This document shows positions 49,548 to 60,051 of a stretch of DNA of 64,000 nt, piece after piece (the stretch's first letter is position 1; every line of letters starts with the position of its first letter). The position numbers and the translations under genes were made by a program. This stretch comes from an uncultured Methanoregulaceae archaeon. GTDB taxonomy: Archaea > Halobacteriota > Methanomicrobia > Methanomicrobiales > Methanospirillaceae. The notes under the pieces were generated by a model. It worked only from the letters and a program-made list of their open reading frames with translations. It searched no databases and was not told where the DNA came from. The DNA lies in assembly GCA_963701095.1 (NCBI GenBank), contig OY969564.1, positions 2,112,001 through 2,176,000 on the forward strand. The letters run 5' to 3'.

Positions 49548-51023
49548 TTACATATCAAAATAGAGGTGGAACTCCCACGGGTGTGGGCGGAGACGAACAG
49601 CATCAATTTCTTCTCGTTTGTAATCGATCCAGACGTCGATAACATCCTGAGTGAAGACGCCTCCTTCAAGCAGGAACTTGTGGTCTGCTTCAAGAGCATC
49701 AATTGCCTGTTCGAGCGAGCCCGGCACAGTTGGTATTTTCTTTGCTGCCTTGCCCTCAAGCTCATACGTGTTTCCTTCAAACGGCTGGCCTGGATCAATT
49801 TTCTTTTTAACGCCGTCGATACCTGCCATCAGGAGAGCAGAGAACGAGAGGTACGGGTTGCACATTGGGTCAGGAGGACGGAATTCGATCCGCTTCGTTT
49901 TGGGGTTCTCCGAATACATCGGAATACGGACTGCAGCAGACCGGTTCCTTAATGAATAAACGAGATTAACCGGTGCTTCATATCCGGGTACGAGTCGTTT
50001 ATAGGAATTCGTTGATGGAGCACAGAACGCCATGAGCGCGTTTGCGTGCTTGAGGAGCCCACCTATGTAATACTTTGCAGTCTGGCTGATCATGCCGTAA
50101 CCCTTCGCATCAAAGAAGAGGTTCTTCCCACCCTTCCATATTGACTGGTGGGTATGCATTCCGGAACCATTATCTCCAAAGAGAGGCTTTGGCATGAATG
50201 TAGCAACCATACCAAACTGCTGCGCCATATTCTTTACAATATACTTATACATCATGCAATTATCCGCCATTTGAACGAGGGGTCCATATCTCATGTCAAT
50301 CTCGTTCTGGCCTGCAGTCGCAACTTCGTGGTGGTGAACTTCAACCGGAATCCCTGTCTCGATCATCTTGTTGATGATGTGGCTCCGTACATCCTGGAGG
50401 GAGTCATGTGGAGGCACTGGGAAATAGCCTTCTTTGTAGCGGGGTTTATAGCCGAGATTTGGTTGTTCGTCGCGGCCCGAATTCCAGATACCCTCTACCG
50501 AATCAATTGAATAAAATCCCTGGTTAACCGTTTGGGAGTACCTGACATCATCGAAAAGGAAAAACTCGTACTCCGGACCCCAGAAACTTTCTTCCGCAAT
50601 ACCGGATGATTTAAGATACTGCTCTGCTTTCTGGGCAATGTATCGCGGATCCCGTGAATAAGGTTGCTTCGTTAAGGGATCAAAAACGTTACAAATGATT
50701 GATAATGTGGGAACCTCGCACACGGGATCAGCTACTGCCGTGGTTGGATCCAGGTGCAGGATCATATCAGATTCCTGGATCTTCTGGAATCCCCGGATCG
50801 AGGAACCGTCAAACCCAATTCCTTCAGTCCAGATCCCCTCATTCGGATCAGAATCTTTGACAAGTTCCTTTGCTGGTATCGAGAAATGCTGCCAGAGGCC
50901 CGGCAAGTCATTGAACTTGAAATCAACGATCTGGATATTCTTCTTTTTTATAAGTGTGCTAATCGAGCTGATCTGCTCTTTTGTCACATTCGTCGTTCTT
51001 GTGTTCTTGCCCTTTTGAACCAT
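49548..51023 (-). CDS. glnA: glutamine synthetase type I (GSI-beta-like)
   Basis: FDGSSIRGF, ESDM, HHHEVA..GQ.EI, FMPKP..GDNGSGMH.HQS, PGYEAP, NRSA.VRIP. Confidence 0.98.
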   Translation of the reverse strand: MVQKGKNTRTTNVTKEQISSISTLIKKKNIQIVDFKFNDLPGLWQHFSIPAKELVKDSDPNEGIWTEGIGFDGSSIRGFQKIQESDMILHLDPTTAVADPVCEVPTLSIICNVFDPLTKQPYSRDPRYIAQKAEQYLKSSGIAEESFWGPEYEFFLFDDVRYSQTVNQGFYSIDSVEGIWNSGRDEQPNLGYKPRYKEGYFPVPPHDSLQDVRSHIINKMIETGIPVEVHHHEVATAGQNEIDMRYGPLVQMADNCMMYKYIVKNMAQQFGMVATFMPKPLFGDNGSGMHTHQSIWKGGKNLFFDAKGYGMISQTAKYYIGGLLKHANALMAFCAPSTNSYKRLVPGYEAPVNLVYSLRNRSAAVRIPMYSENPKTKRIEFRPPDPMCNPYLSFSALLMAGIDGVKKKIDPGQPFEGNTYELEGKAAKKIPTVPGSLEQAIDALEADHKFLLEGGVFTQDVIDVWIDYKREEIDAVRLRPHPWEFHLYFDM

Positions 51024-51096
51024 ACAGTCACCTATGTTTTCAAACCAACAGATAAATTTTAGGATCTTTTCTTCTAACCAAAATATCTGCAGGTGA

Positions 51097-51114
51097 TAGG
51101 AAGAGTATTTCCTA
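51097..51114. promoter_or_regulatory. NrpR operator (GGAA-N6-TTCC) upstream of glnA
   Basis: TA-GGAA-GAGTAT-TTCC-TA, just downstream of the glnA TATA box. Confidence 0.8.
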
Positions 51115-51121
51115 GTAAAAC

Positions 51122-51137
51122 TATTTATATATTTTTT
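51122..51137 (-). promoter_or_regulatory. BRE/TATA promoter of glnA
   Basis: Minus strand reads AAAAAATATATAAATA. Confidence 0.6.
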
Positions 51138-51314
51138 ATTGTTTTAAGGGAGATGTTTATATTTACAAAATGGAGAAATATTTTTTAATAGATAATATTT
51201 CGAATAACTTCCTTGCTATCTTTGGAATTATTCTTTTTTCTCCTAATGATACTGAATCTAGTCTGTATTGTTTCCGTAAAGATTAATGAAACCGGCCCCC
51301 AACATATTCTCAGA

Positions 51315-51491
51315 ATGCTTAACGTACACCGGGATATCTGCGGGTATTGCGGATGCTGTGTGTCAGTCTGCCCCGAAGGTGCGCTGGAACTGATCGACGC
51401 ATACCTTTCTGTTGAAGAGAATTGTACGAGCTGCGGCATTTGCGCCAAAGTCTGTCCGCTTGGTGCGCTGGAGGTCGTGCATGAGAAGTAA
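51315..51491 (+). CDS. 2[4Fe-4S] ferredoxin
   Basis: [12 protein letters not shown] and [12 protein letters not shown]. Confidence 0.92.
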   Translation: MLNVHRDICGYCGCCVSVCPEGALELIDAYLSVEENCTSCGICAKVCPLGALEVVHEK

Positions 51492-52678
51492 ATATGAGGT
51501 TCTGGTTATTGGCGGCGGTCCTGCTGGTGCCTTCAGCTGCCAAGACTGCAGCGGAAAAAGGGCTTTCTGTTTGCCTGATTGAAAAGCGTCCGGCAATTGG
51601 TGCTCCGGTTCGTTGTGCAGAGGGTATAGGAAAGGAGGCTTTGGCAGAATTTATTGATCCGAATCCCTGCTGGATTTCAGCCGAGATGTCCGGTGCAGGA
51701 ATTGTCGCTCCTGATGGTTTCGAGATGACGCTTGCATCCTCTATGGCCGGAGGTAAGGTAGGGTACATTCTCGATCGCAAGGTTTTTGATCGGGAACTGG
51801 TATGGCGGGCGGCAGATGCCGGAGCAGAAGTGTATGTCAAGACTCGTGCATCTGCACCGATTATCCATGACGGCCGTCTTAAAGGTGCACAGGTAGAATG
51901 CTGTGGAAATGTTTCTAAGGTTATGGCCGATGTAATTATTGCGGCAGATGGTGTCGAGTCGAAGTTCGGCAAATGGTGTGGCATCGATACGACGGTGCCT
52001 GTCCGCGAGATAATGAGTTCAGTGCAGTATGTAATGACCGATATTGACATCAACCCCCATGCCACGATTTTCTACCTCGGCAATGAAGTTGCACCTGAAG
52101 GGTACCTCTGGGTTTTTCCTAAAGGAAAACGAGCAGCAAATGTAGGTATCGGCATCTCCGGAAGAAAGAGCGGCAAAGGACACCGGGCAAAGGATTATCT
52201 AGACCGTTTTGTAAAACAAAAATTTCCGCACGGTAAAACTATTGAATGCATCGTAGGTGGGGTTTCTGTCTGCCGGCCGCTTGAATGTACCGTAGCAGAT
52301 AATCTAATGTTTGTCGGTGATGCAGCACGAGTAGTTGATCCACTGACCGGTGGTGGTATCTATAATGCGATGTTCACCGGAAAGCTCGCAGCAGAAGTCG
52401 CAGCAGACTGCATTGCAAAAGGGGATCTGTCAAAGAAAGCGTTGATGGCCTATGATAGGGAGTGGAGAGCGTCCAAGATGGGTAAGAGTATCGAGCGCAA
52501 CTACCATATCAAGGAATACCTGATAAAGCTGCCTGATGAAAAGCTCAACGCAATTATACATTCCGTTTCTGCACTTGACCTGACTGAGTTCTCAACTCTG
52601 ACGTTGATAAAAGAGTTATTGAAGGCCAATCCGAAACTTCTCATTGAACTTGGGGCGCTTGCGGCTTCAATCCGTTAA
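51481..52678 (+). CDS. digeranylgeranylglycerophospholipid reductase (frameshift ~51533)
   Basis: VIGGGPAG from ATG 51481; P.RCAEG, ADGVES, P.GY.WVFPK, GDAA..VDP.TGGGI. Confidence 0.93.
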
Positions 52679-52828
52679 TTTTTAGTTTTATGAGGTTTAT
52701 AAGCCAACGCATTGCCTCTCTTTTATTACCTCATATGAAGTAACTACTGGCAATTCTAAAAAAGTGAAATCTCTTTACCCCCCCTAAAAATCAACGCCAT
52801 TTAAAATAATTTGCGTACAACTTTAATT

Positions 52829-53471
52829 GTGATTTGTGGGGTTGACGAAGCCGGAAAAGGTTCTGTGCTGGGTCCTATGGTAATAGCTGCAGTCGGCGTT
52901 AGAACCACCGATATCTTCTCTGTTATTGAGGTTAAGGATTCAAAACAGACTCTCACCACAGGAAAGAGAACGACTTTTTGTTCTTATTAAAAAACAATGC
53001 AGCATAGCGATAGTTGTGATATCAGCCGCGGAAATCGATACAATACGGCGCGAGATGACGATGAATGCCTGTGTTGCCCGAGCTCATGGCGAGGTCATAC
53101 AAAAACTAAAACCCCGTACCGCGTATGTTGATGCCTGCGATGTCAATCCGGTACGATATGCGGAAACAGTAAAGAGTCACCTTAACATAGCGTGTGAGAT
53201 TGTGTCGGAACATCATGCAGACAGTACCTACCCGGTGGTATCTGCAGCAAGCATTATTGCAAAAGTCACCCGTGACCGGGAGATTGAAAAACTCGCAAAA
53301 AAGTACGGTAACATCGGTAGTGGCTACCCCTCCGATCCAAATACCCTTGCATATCTCTCAGCGTATATTGATGAGCACCGTTCCCCTCCTCCCATTGCCA
53401 GAAAAAGCTGGAAAACCGTGAGTGTTATGCTTGCGAAAAAATCCCAGAGCAACCTTTCTGCATTTATGTGA
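52829..53471 (+). CDS. rnhB: ribonuclease HII (frameshift ~52946)
   Basis: ICGVDEAGKGSVLGPMV, VKDSK; then VDACD, H.AD, SAASIIAKV.RD, GSGYPSDP, PIP-like QSNLSAF. Confidence 0.95.
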
Positions 53472-53543
53472 TTTCTTGCGTTATGGGGTGGTTACATGGC
53501 TCCACCATTGCATTAATGTGGTTGTCCAGTCCATGAAGTACAG

Positions 53544-54845
53544 ATGGATTGGCTCATTATTCTGGTTGCCCTTGTGGCAACCTATGCCATCGTTGCATAT
53601 TATATTCATTCAAGAAAACTCTGGACTGAATATATTGTATTTTTTGGTCCAATTATGGCGATACGGAGCCAGCGTGTAGGATTATTCGATCGTCTCTCGC
53701 GGTTCCACCGGTTTCTCAAGGCCTACGGCTCATTTGGTGCGGTCGTTGTTATTCTGGTTTCCATAGCTATGGTCGGACTTCTTTTCTATTCGCTGTATCT
53801 GAATCTCCTAACTCATCCCGGTCCAACTGCGGTAAATGATTTCAGGAATATATTAGCTATTCCCGGGGTGAACCAGTTTATACCGTTTACTGTCGCGGTA
53901 TGGTTTGCGTTTGTTTTCACGCTTGTTATTCATGAGTTTGGCCATGCGTTCCTTGCCCGGGTAGAAAACCTCAAAGTCAGATTTATAGGTGTTCTTTGGT
54001 GTGTTATACCAATTGGGGCTTTTGTAGAACCCGATGAAGCGGAATTTGAGAAGTTACAGGGTTTGCCGAAGATCCGCATGCTGGGGGCAGGAATCACCAA
54101 CAATATCGTGGCAGGCATGGCATGTTTTCTCCTTCTTGTTCTGTTACTTGGTTTTGCAGTCCCTCTCCAGACTCCGTTGATCAACTCGGTTTACAAAGAC
54201 TATCCTGCCGATAGGGCAGGAATCGTGCCGGATTCGATAGTTGTCAGTATCAACGGTATTCCGGTAACTAATCAGTCAGACGTAGCAGAGATCCTAAACG
54301 CTACAAGACCGGGTGATCAAGTGACTCTTATTACCAAAGAAAATGGCGTCGCGTCTGCCCATATACTCACCCTGAGTTCGTGGCCTGAGAATATGAGTGC
54401 AAGAGAGAGCGGTTTTATGGGTGTGACGTATTATGATGCATCCGGGATAAAACAGATCTTTAATTCTTTTGCAAGCCCGCTCGGATTTTTTTTTATGCTC
54501 GCAATCCCCATCTGGATCATCCTAGACCCTATCGGATGGGGTCAGTTTCTGATACTAATAAATGATTCGTCAGCTTCTGCTGCCTGGAGTGTTCCTTTCC
54601 CCGGATTCTGGTTCGTGATCCAGATTCTTTTCTGGTGTGCCTGGTTCAATATTATGGTCGGTTTGTGTAATGCGCTTCCGATTGTGCCATTCGACGGAGG
54701 TTATATATTTAAAGAAGGGGTCGACAGGATACTCGACAGGCACGGATTTATAAAATATTCAGGCTATATTGTCGGAGCAGTCAGTTATATAATGATTATT
54801 GTGCTCATTTCTTTGTTTCTCTTACCAAGCCTGTTACATCAATAA
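53544..54845 (+). CDS. site-2 protease (M50) with PDZ domain
   Basis: HEFGH, GAFVEPD, AGI..N, PDZ insert, NALP..PFDGG. Confidence 0.93.
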   Translation: MDWLIILVALVATYAIVAYYIHSRKLWTEYIVFFGPIMAIRSQRVGLFDRLSRFHRFLKAYGSFGAVVVILVSIAMVGLLFYSLYLNLLTHPGPTAVNDFRNILAIPGVNQFIPFTVAVWFAFVFTLVIHEFGHAFLARVENLKVRFIGVLWCVIPIGAFVEPDEAEFEKLQGLPKIRMLGAGITNNIVAGMACFLLLVLLLGFAVPLQTPLINSVYKDYPADRAGIVPDSIVVSINGIPVTNQSDVAEILNATRPGDQVTLITKENGVASAHILTLSSWPENMSARESGFMGVTYYDASGIKQIFNSFASPLGFFFMLAIPIWIILDPIGWGQFLILINDSSASAAWSVPFPGFWFVIQILFWCAWFNIMVGLCNALPIVPFDGGYIFKEGVDRILDRHGFIKYSGYIVGAVSYIMIIVLISLFLLPSLLHQ

Positions 54846-54897
54846 AAGGAAAGAAATATTCTTTGTTTCTCATTTATTGTTTATTTTCCTCGGCATC

Positions 54898-55941
54898 CTA
54901 ATCATGGATCCCCGCTACCATTTTTGCGCGTGCAAATTCATCGGGATCGATAGATCTGGACCGGAGTACTACTTCCTCAAGGGGAACAGGAACGATCTGG
55001 TTTCCCTGTAATCCTACCATGTATCCAAAATTTCCTGCCACGAGCTGTTTTACTGCTGCTATTCCCAGATGCGTAGCAAGAATTCGATCCTGTGCAGTCG
55101 GACTTCCTCCACGCTGAACGTGTCCAAGAACCGTCACCCTCGTTTCGATTCCCAACCTGTGTTCGAGTTCTTTTCCAAGAAAGTTCCCTATGCCGACGAA
55201 TTTTTCATGTCCGCATTCATCCCGGTCACATTCGGGAACAGTAGTGCCAGCAATGTCCTCGTGGCGTGTCCCTTCCGCAACAACAACAATCGAGAATTTT
55301 TTCCCGGCGCGGTACCGTGCATGAAGAGACTGGCAAATCTCTTCCATTGATACCTGAATCTCAGGAACAAGGATTTGATCAGCACCACCTGCCATCCCTG
55401 CTGCAAGAGCGATTCTCCCTGACCTGCGCCCCATTACTTCGAGAACCATGATCCGGTGATGTGATTCAGCGGTTGTATGGAGCCGGTCGATTGCCTCGGT
55501 TACAATGGAAACTGCAGTGTCAAACCCGATTGTTACATCAGTCCCGAAAACGTCGTTATCAATAGTTTTGGGTATCCCTACCAATGGGACGCCTCGGTTG
55601 GATACCTCTTTTGCTGCCCGAAGTGTGCCATCCCCGCCAATTACTACCAGTCCTTCGATGGCAAGTTTATCCAGTGTATGTTTTATTGTGGCGATATCAT
55701 CAGGGTTTTTCATCGGGTCTGTCCGGGAAGTCCCAAGAATTGTCCCTCCCCGGGAAATTATTCCGGATACTGAGTGATCTGTAAGCGGTATAGTATCGTT
55801 TCTGATGAGACCCTGCCACCCGTTTAGTATTCCGATAACCCGGAACTTTTTTGCGATCCCGCTACGCACAACTGCCCGGATCGCAGCATTGAGGCCCGGG
55901 CAATCCCCACCACCTGTCAGCACCCCGATTACTCCTGTCAT
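54898..55941 (-). CDS. pfkA: PfkA-family 6-phosphofructokinase
   Basis: GGDCPG.N, GGTILGTSR, GGDGT, PKTIDND, EVMGR, LGHVQRGG. Confidence 0.95.
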   Translation of the reverse strand: MTGVIGVLTGGGDCPGLNAAIRAVVRSGIAKKFRVIGILNGWQGLIRNDTIPLTDHSVSGIISRGGTILGTSRTDPMKNPDDIATIKHTLDKLAIEGLVVIGGDGTLRAAKEVSNRGVPLVGIPKTIDNDVFGTDVTIGFDTAVSIVTEAIDRLHTTAESHHRIMVLEVMGRRSGRIALAAGMAGGADQILVPEIQVSMEEICQSLHARYRAGKKFSIVVVAEGTRHEDIAGTTVPECDRDECGHEKFVGIGNFLGKELEHRLGIETRVTVLGHVQRGGSPTAQDRILATHLGIAAVKQLVAGNFGYMVGLQGNQIVPVPLEEVVLRSRSIDPDEFARAKMVAGIHD

Positions 55942-56101
55942 AACAGCCCTCAGTTACTCTGGTATGTTCATATCGCAAGAAAAAGTAATGATATTTTGTA
56001 TAGATCCGCAAGTCTCAGTCACGAGCAACAATACCCATGAAAATCCGGGTTTGGATTTTCTGGTTTAGATATATGCTTCTGTTACCTTATGTGTGATGTT
56101 T

Positions 56102-56956
56102 TTAGTTACGAAGCAGGGCGATTTTGGACCCAATCGGGACTTTTGCTTCATCTGCCACTGGCTGGCATTTTGCTGCCATAAGGTACGCGACTGGAGGGAG
56201 ATCATTTCGCTCAAAGAGAGCTTCAAAATTAGCCATACCTTTTGCTATAATCAGGGTGCAACGGGAAATGGCATCTGAAAGAACAGGTGGTGCATTTTCA
56301 GGACAGAACCCTATCTCCCCCACCTCACAGTTTGTTGTAAGGCAGTCAACAATACGATCCAGACCGAGTCGGTGGGCGTCTTCAAGAGTTGCATCATTGA
56401 GGACCGGTCGGGCCTTCACTGCAACCGTAACGTGTGAACCTTGGGATTTCAGATATTGGATCAGGAGGCGATCAAAGACGATTTCGCCGCAATTGTCGCA
56501 TAGATAGACGACTCGTGCTGTCAGTGGAAAGACAGCGTCGGTGTCATCTATCACAAACCCTTTGCGGAATTCCTGTCGGAAAAATGCAGAAAAATTGCTT
56601 GTTACTGAATGTCCTTTGACACCATAATCAAAGGTATTCCCGATTACTGAGGCAAGAGCATAGTCCCTGAAACCTGAAAGTTCGTTGCGGACCTCCCTGC
56701 ATACTTTTACTGCCTCTGCGTTCCCCTGTTTCTTGAGATTCAGAAACGGATCGGGATTATCAAGCATTTCATAAGCGTGGCGGTGAATGCAGCTGGCAAT
56801 CTGGGGGTGACTTAGTGAACTATCCTTTAGGGAAAATAAGAGATTACGACACGAATCAATGGTTTGCTCTGTCAAGAGAGAATCCGCACCGACCATTCCG
56901 CATTCAAGCTGAACCCGGGAGATCAGGCATTCGATGCATGATTCCGTAATCTTCAC
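56102..56956 (-). CDS. DUF89/ARMT1-like damage-control phosphatase
   Basis: CIEC, DPF..LK, GN.FD, DNCGEIVFD, LNDAT, KGMANFE, AKC. Confidence 0.9.
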   Translation of the reverse strand: MKITESCIECLISRVQLECGMVGADSLLTEQTIDSCRNLLFSLKDSSLSHPQIASCIHRHAYEMLDNPDPFLNLKKQGNAEAVKVCREVRNELSGFRDYALASVIGNTFDYGVKGHSVTSNFSAFFRQEFRKGFVIDDTDAVFPLTARVVYLCDNCGEIVFDRLLIQYLKSQGSHVTVAVKARPVLNDATLEDAHRLGLDRIVDCLTTNCEVGEIGFCPENAPPVLSDAISRCTLIIAKGMANFEALFERNDLPPVAYLMAAKCQPVADEAKVPIGSKIALLRN

Positions 56957-56984
56957 AACAAAACACCACAAAACAACGATTTAA

Positions 56985-57058
56985 TGGGGCCATCGCGATT
57001 TGAACGCGAGTCAGAAGACCCCCAGTCTCCTAGGATGGCCAGGCTACCCTATGGCCCC
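56985..57058 (-). tRNA. tRNA-Pro(GGG)
   Basis: GGGGCCA/TGGCCCC acceptor stem, GGAGA-CTGGGGG-TCTTC arm, GTTCAAAT. Confidence 0.93.
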
Positions 57059-57131
57059 GCTCTCATACTATTCGCATATATTCCATATGTATCTTGTTAT
57101 AGAAAAATACGGTAACAACCGGAGAGAAAGG

Positions 57132-57329
57132 TTAAAGACTGGTACGTTTAAATTCTTCGACCTTTTGGATTAAACTGTCAAGTTCGTGATCGGTGATTTT
57201 TATTTTTCCCTCTATTGAATTTATTTCAGTCAGGAGCTGACGGATGCGAACATACATGAGATACATGATAAACTGCTGAATTACAATCACTGCGCCAAAT
57301 AATACAACCATGTAACTTTCAAATGCCAT
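57132..57329 (-). CDS. small single-TM coiled-coil protein
   Basis: 65 aa, hydrophobic N-terminus, AAGGGG SD-like motif upstream. Confidence 0.65.
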   Translation of the reverse strand: MAFESYMVVLFGAVIVIQQFIMYLMYVRIRQLLTEINSIEGKIKITDHELDSLIQKVEEFKRTSL

Positions 57330-57781
57330 TTTTTTCCCCTTGATTTTCAGGCAGCCTGAATATTAGTAAGATTCGTATTCTTTCGCGTGCCTACTCCCGG
57401 CGATGGATTTGCGTCAAATGCCACTTCGTATTGTCCTCAATCTGTCAGGTACAGTGTTTGCAACCTTTGCCTATAACTGAATTTCTTTTTATTTTCTTTT
57501 AAATCTAATTATAAAGAATGGAAGGAAATATGCGCTTCATATCGAATGTATTTTATTGGATTTTTTAAGGTACCGTACAACCTTCGGGGCAAATTGAAAA
57601 CCTAGGATTTTAAATCTCGATCCCCTTTTATTATTTGGAAAAAGAAACAAATCCACCGGAATCTGCAAGGAAGGGAATACTTTCTTTGCAACGGGAGAAA
57701 TGCGCCCAAAATAAAAAAGATATGTATATATGGTGAAATCGGATATTATGAATTAGAACGAATAATTTACATTAAGGAGTT

Positions 57782-58147
57782 ATGGGCATGTTGAAAGATA
57801 AAATTGCGGCATTTATTGAAAAAATACGGGCAATTGATGGAGTAGCAGCATGCGCCATTGTATCACGTGATGGAATAATTGCCGGGAAATATTTTGACCG
57901 TGAACTTAATGAGCCATGGTTTGGCGCCCTGGCTGCAACCATCCTTGCCTCTGCAGAATCAGTCGGAAACATTATCGGAATGAAATCCCTTGCAACGGTT
58001 TCGATTCTTTCTGCGGATTCATCTATCCTTGTTGTGGGTGCCGGGGAACATTTCCTAATCGCTGCGCTCCTTAAAGGCGATGCTAAGAATGAAGAAATAT
58101 GTTCACGGATCAATGCATTAGCTACAGAATTAGGGAGGACAATGTAA
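57782..58147 (+). CDS. roadblock/LC7 domain protein
   Basis: IDGV.ACAIVSRDG, FGALAATILASAE; AAGGAG SD. Confidence 0.9.
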   Translation: MGMLKDKIAAFIEKIRAIDGVAACAIVSRDGIIAGKYFDRELNEPWFGALAATILASAESVGNIIGMKSLATVSILSADSSILVVGAGEHFLIAALLKGDAKNEEICSRINALATELGRTM

Positions 58148-58807
58148 ATGTTCACAATTCTCGTCGTGGATGACAGCCCCTTTATTGTTGATGTATTTGT
58201 TACCATGCTCGAACGGGGGGGTTACCGCACAGTAGCTGCACATGGGGGGGAAGAATGCCTGGAGATCTTAAAAACGGTTACACCGGATCTTATCCTTCTT
58301 GATATAATGATGGAGCCAATGGATGGATGGGAGACACTTGAAAAAATTAAGGAAAATCCGGCGACAAAAGATATCCCCGTTCTTATGCTTACGGCAAAGC
58401 AGCTAACCCCTACCGAAGCAGAGGAATATGGTATTTTTATCGAGGATTATGTTCTTAAACCTATCACCCACCGCGAGCTCTATGATGCGATCGAACATGT
58501 ACTTGGTCGCCGGCAGACCATTCGTACAGATATGGATAGGGCCAGGCAGTCAGGCATTGGATTTGATATTGTTAATGAATATGCACTCCTTTCAAAAAGC
58601 ATAGATGTCAATAAGCGCTTAATGAAGATCCTCGAAACTACCTATAATTTCAATGATTCAAAAGTCCGCATAAGTGACGACATCTCCCGGGCACTTAAAA
58701 ATATGGAGACCAATATAAAGTTCCAAGAGGCGCGTCTCCAGCAGATCAAAGGTGAGCTGAGCCGGGAAAGTTCAATAACGACTCACTTTTATGAACCACC
58801 TATATAA
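58148..58807 (+). CDS. response regulator (receiver + helical tail)
   Basis: ILVVDDS, LDIMMEPMDG, LTAK, KP. Confidence 0.92.
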   Translation: MFTILVVDDSPFIVDVFVTMLERGGYRTVAAHGGEECLEILKTVTPDLILLDIMMEPMDGWETLEKIKENPATKDIPVLMLTAKQLTPTEAEEYGIFIEDYVLKPITHRELYDAIEHVLGRRQTIRTDMDRARQSGIGFDIVNEYALLSKSIDVNKRLMKILETTYNFNDSKVRISDDISRALKNMETNIKFQEARLQQIKGELSRESSITTHFYEPPI

Positions 58808-58912
58808 TAAACATTTGAATGGAAATTAACTATGTGTAAATAGGGGGCTGCTAACCCTGCAAACGCCAATAATATTATCTCTTGATTTAATGCTTAAGAA
58901 TGGAGGTCCTGC

Positions 58913-59557
58913 ATGGGTACGACAATCCTGATTGTTGATGACAGTTCTTTTATAGTCGATGGACTCACGGCCATCCTTTCACGAAAAGGGTATTCTCCTG
59001 TTTCTGCTGCCGGCGGTGATGAATGTCTTACTATTCTTAAAACAGTGATCCCCGATCTTATTCTGCTCGATATAATGATGGAACCCATAGATGGATGGGA
59101 GACGCTGGAAAAAATCCGAAAAAATCCGGTTACAAAAGATATCCCGGTACTCATGTTCTCTGCAAAGAAGATTACTCCGGAAGAAGCCAAAGAGCATAGC
59201 ATGAATATCGATGATTTTGTTTCAAAACCGGTAAACCCGTTGCAGCTTCTGGATTCGATTCAGCGGATTTTTTCCCGAAGGAATGAATTATCCCTGGAGC
59301 GGCAAGCTGCCCAGAATAAAGGTCTTGACTCGAAAATAATTGATGAATATGCTCTGCTCCGGAAAAATATTGAAGTAGACCGGAATCTTCTTGTCGTTTT
59401 ACGGGCTTCTAGTGGACTCGATATCGGACGCGAAGTGTCGTCTGAAGACGTAAATGCGATCAGGACCCTTGAAGATAAGATTCACCAGAGTGAACATCGG
59501 TTGCGGGAAATTAAAGAACTCTTAGGAAAAATACCAGATCCTTCAAAAGAAAGCTGA
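58913..59557 (+). CDS. response regulator, paralog of the preceding gene
   Basis: ILIVDDS, LDIMMEPIDG, FSAK, KP. Confidence 0.92.
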   Translation: MGTTILIVDDSSFIVDGLTAILSRKGYSPVSAAGGDECLTILKTVIPDLILLDIMMEPIDGWETLEKIRKNPVTKDIPVLMFSAKKITPEEAKEHSMNIDDFVSKPVNPLQLLDSIQRIFSRRNELSLERQAAQNKGLDSKIIDEYALLRKNIEVDRNLLVVLRASSGLDIGREVSSEDVNAIRTLEDKIHQSEHRLREIKELLGKIPDPSKES

Positions 59558-59630
59558 AAACAAAACATGGTGCAATAACATTTATATATTTTTCTTGCAT
59601 TGTTATAATGCTGTACATCTTATTCCCAAG

Positions 59631-59704
59631 GGGTTCGTAGCTCAGTTCGGTAGAGCGCCTGGCTTTTAACCAGGTGGTCGGGGGTTCAAATCCCTCCGGG
59701 CCCG
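59631..59704 (+). tRNA. tRNA-Lys(UUU)
   Basis: GGGTTCG/CGGGCCC acceptor stem, CCTGG-CTTTTAA-CCAGG, GGTTCAAAT. Confidence 0.95.
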
Positions 59705-59781
59705 TTACCACGATCCAATCGTGGATTTTTTGCGGTGATGCATCTGAGAGGCAATCGTTTCATCTTAAAGGGGGTTTTTCA

Positions 59782-60033
59782 TTGAGCTCCAAACTGAATG
59801 TGTTGAGCCACATAATGGTGCCGGATCACCAGCTCATGAGCGAGGAAGAGGTTTCAGTACTTCTCTCCCGCTACCATATTACTACGGAACAATTACCAAA
59901 AATCTACCATGACGAACCTGCGGTGAAGGCAATCGACGCAAAAGTCGATGATGTGATAAAGATCATCCGAAAAAGTCATACTGCTGGCAGGGCCGAAGCG
60001 TACCGACTTGTTATCAGGAGACCCAAAAAATAA
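59782..60033 (+). CDS. rpoH: RNA polymerase subunit H (Rpo5)
   Basis: H.MVP.H, QLPKI, IIRKS.TAG...YRLV; TTG start. Confidence 0.95.
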   Translation: MSSKLNVLSHIMVPDHQLMSEEEVSVLLSRYHITTEQLPKIYHDEPAVKAIDAKVDDVIKIIRKSHTAGRAEAYRLVIRRPKK

Positions 60034-60051
60034 GGGCAGGGGGCGGTCTAT

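Noticed and set aside
51319..52065. Long antisense or alternate-frame ORFs (e.g. 51319-52065, 11168-11716, 18307-18774, 61592-62080)
   Set aside because: They are shadows of well-supported genes and have no recognisable motifs.
59511..59781. ORFs overlapping tRNA-Lys, including the long rpoH N-terminal extension
   Set aside because: They are translations of tRNA sequence; RpoH similarity starts at TTG 59782.
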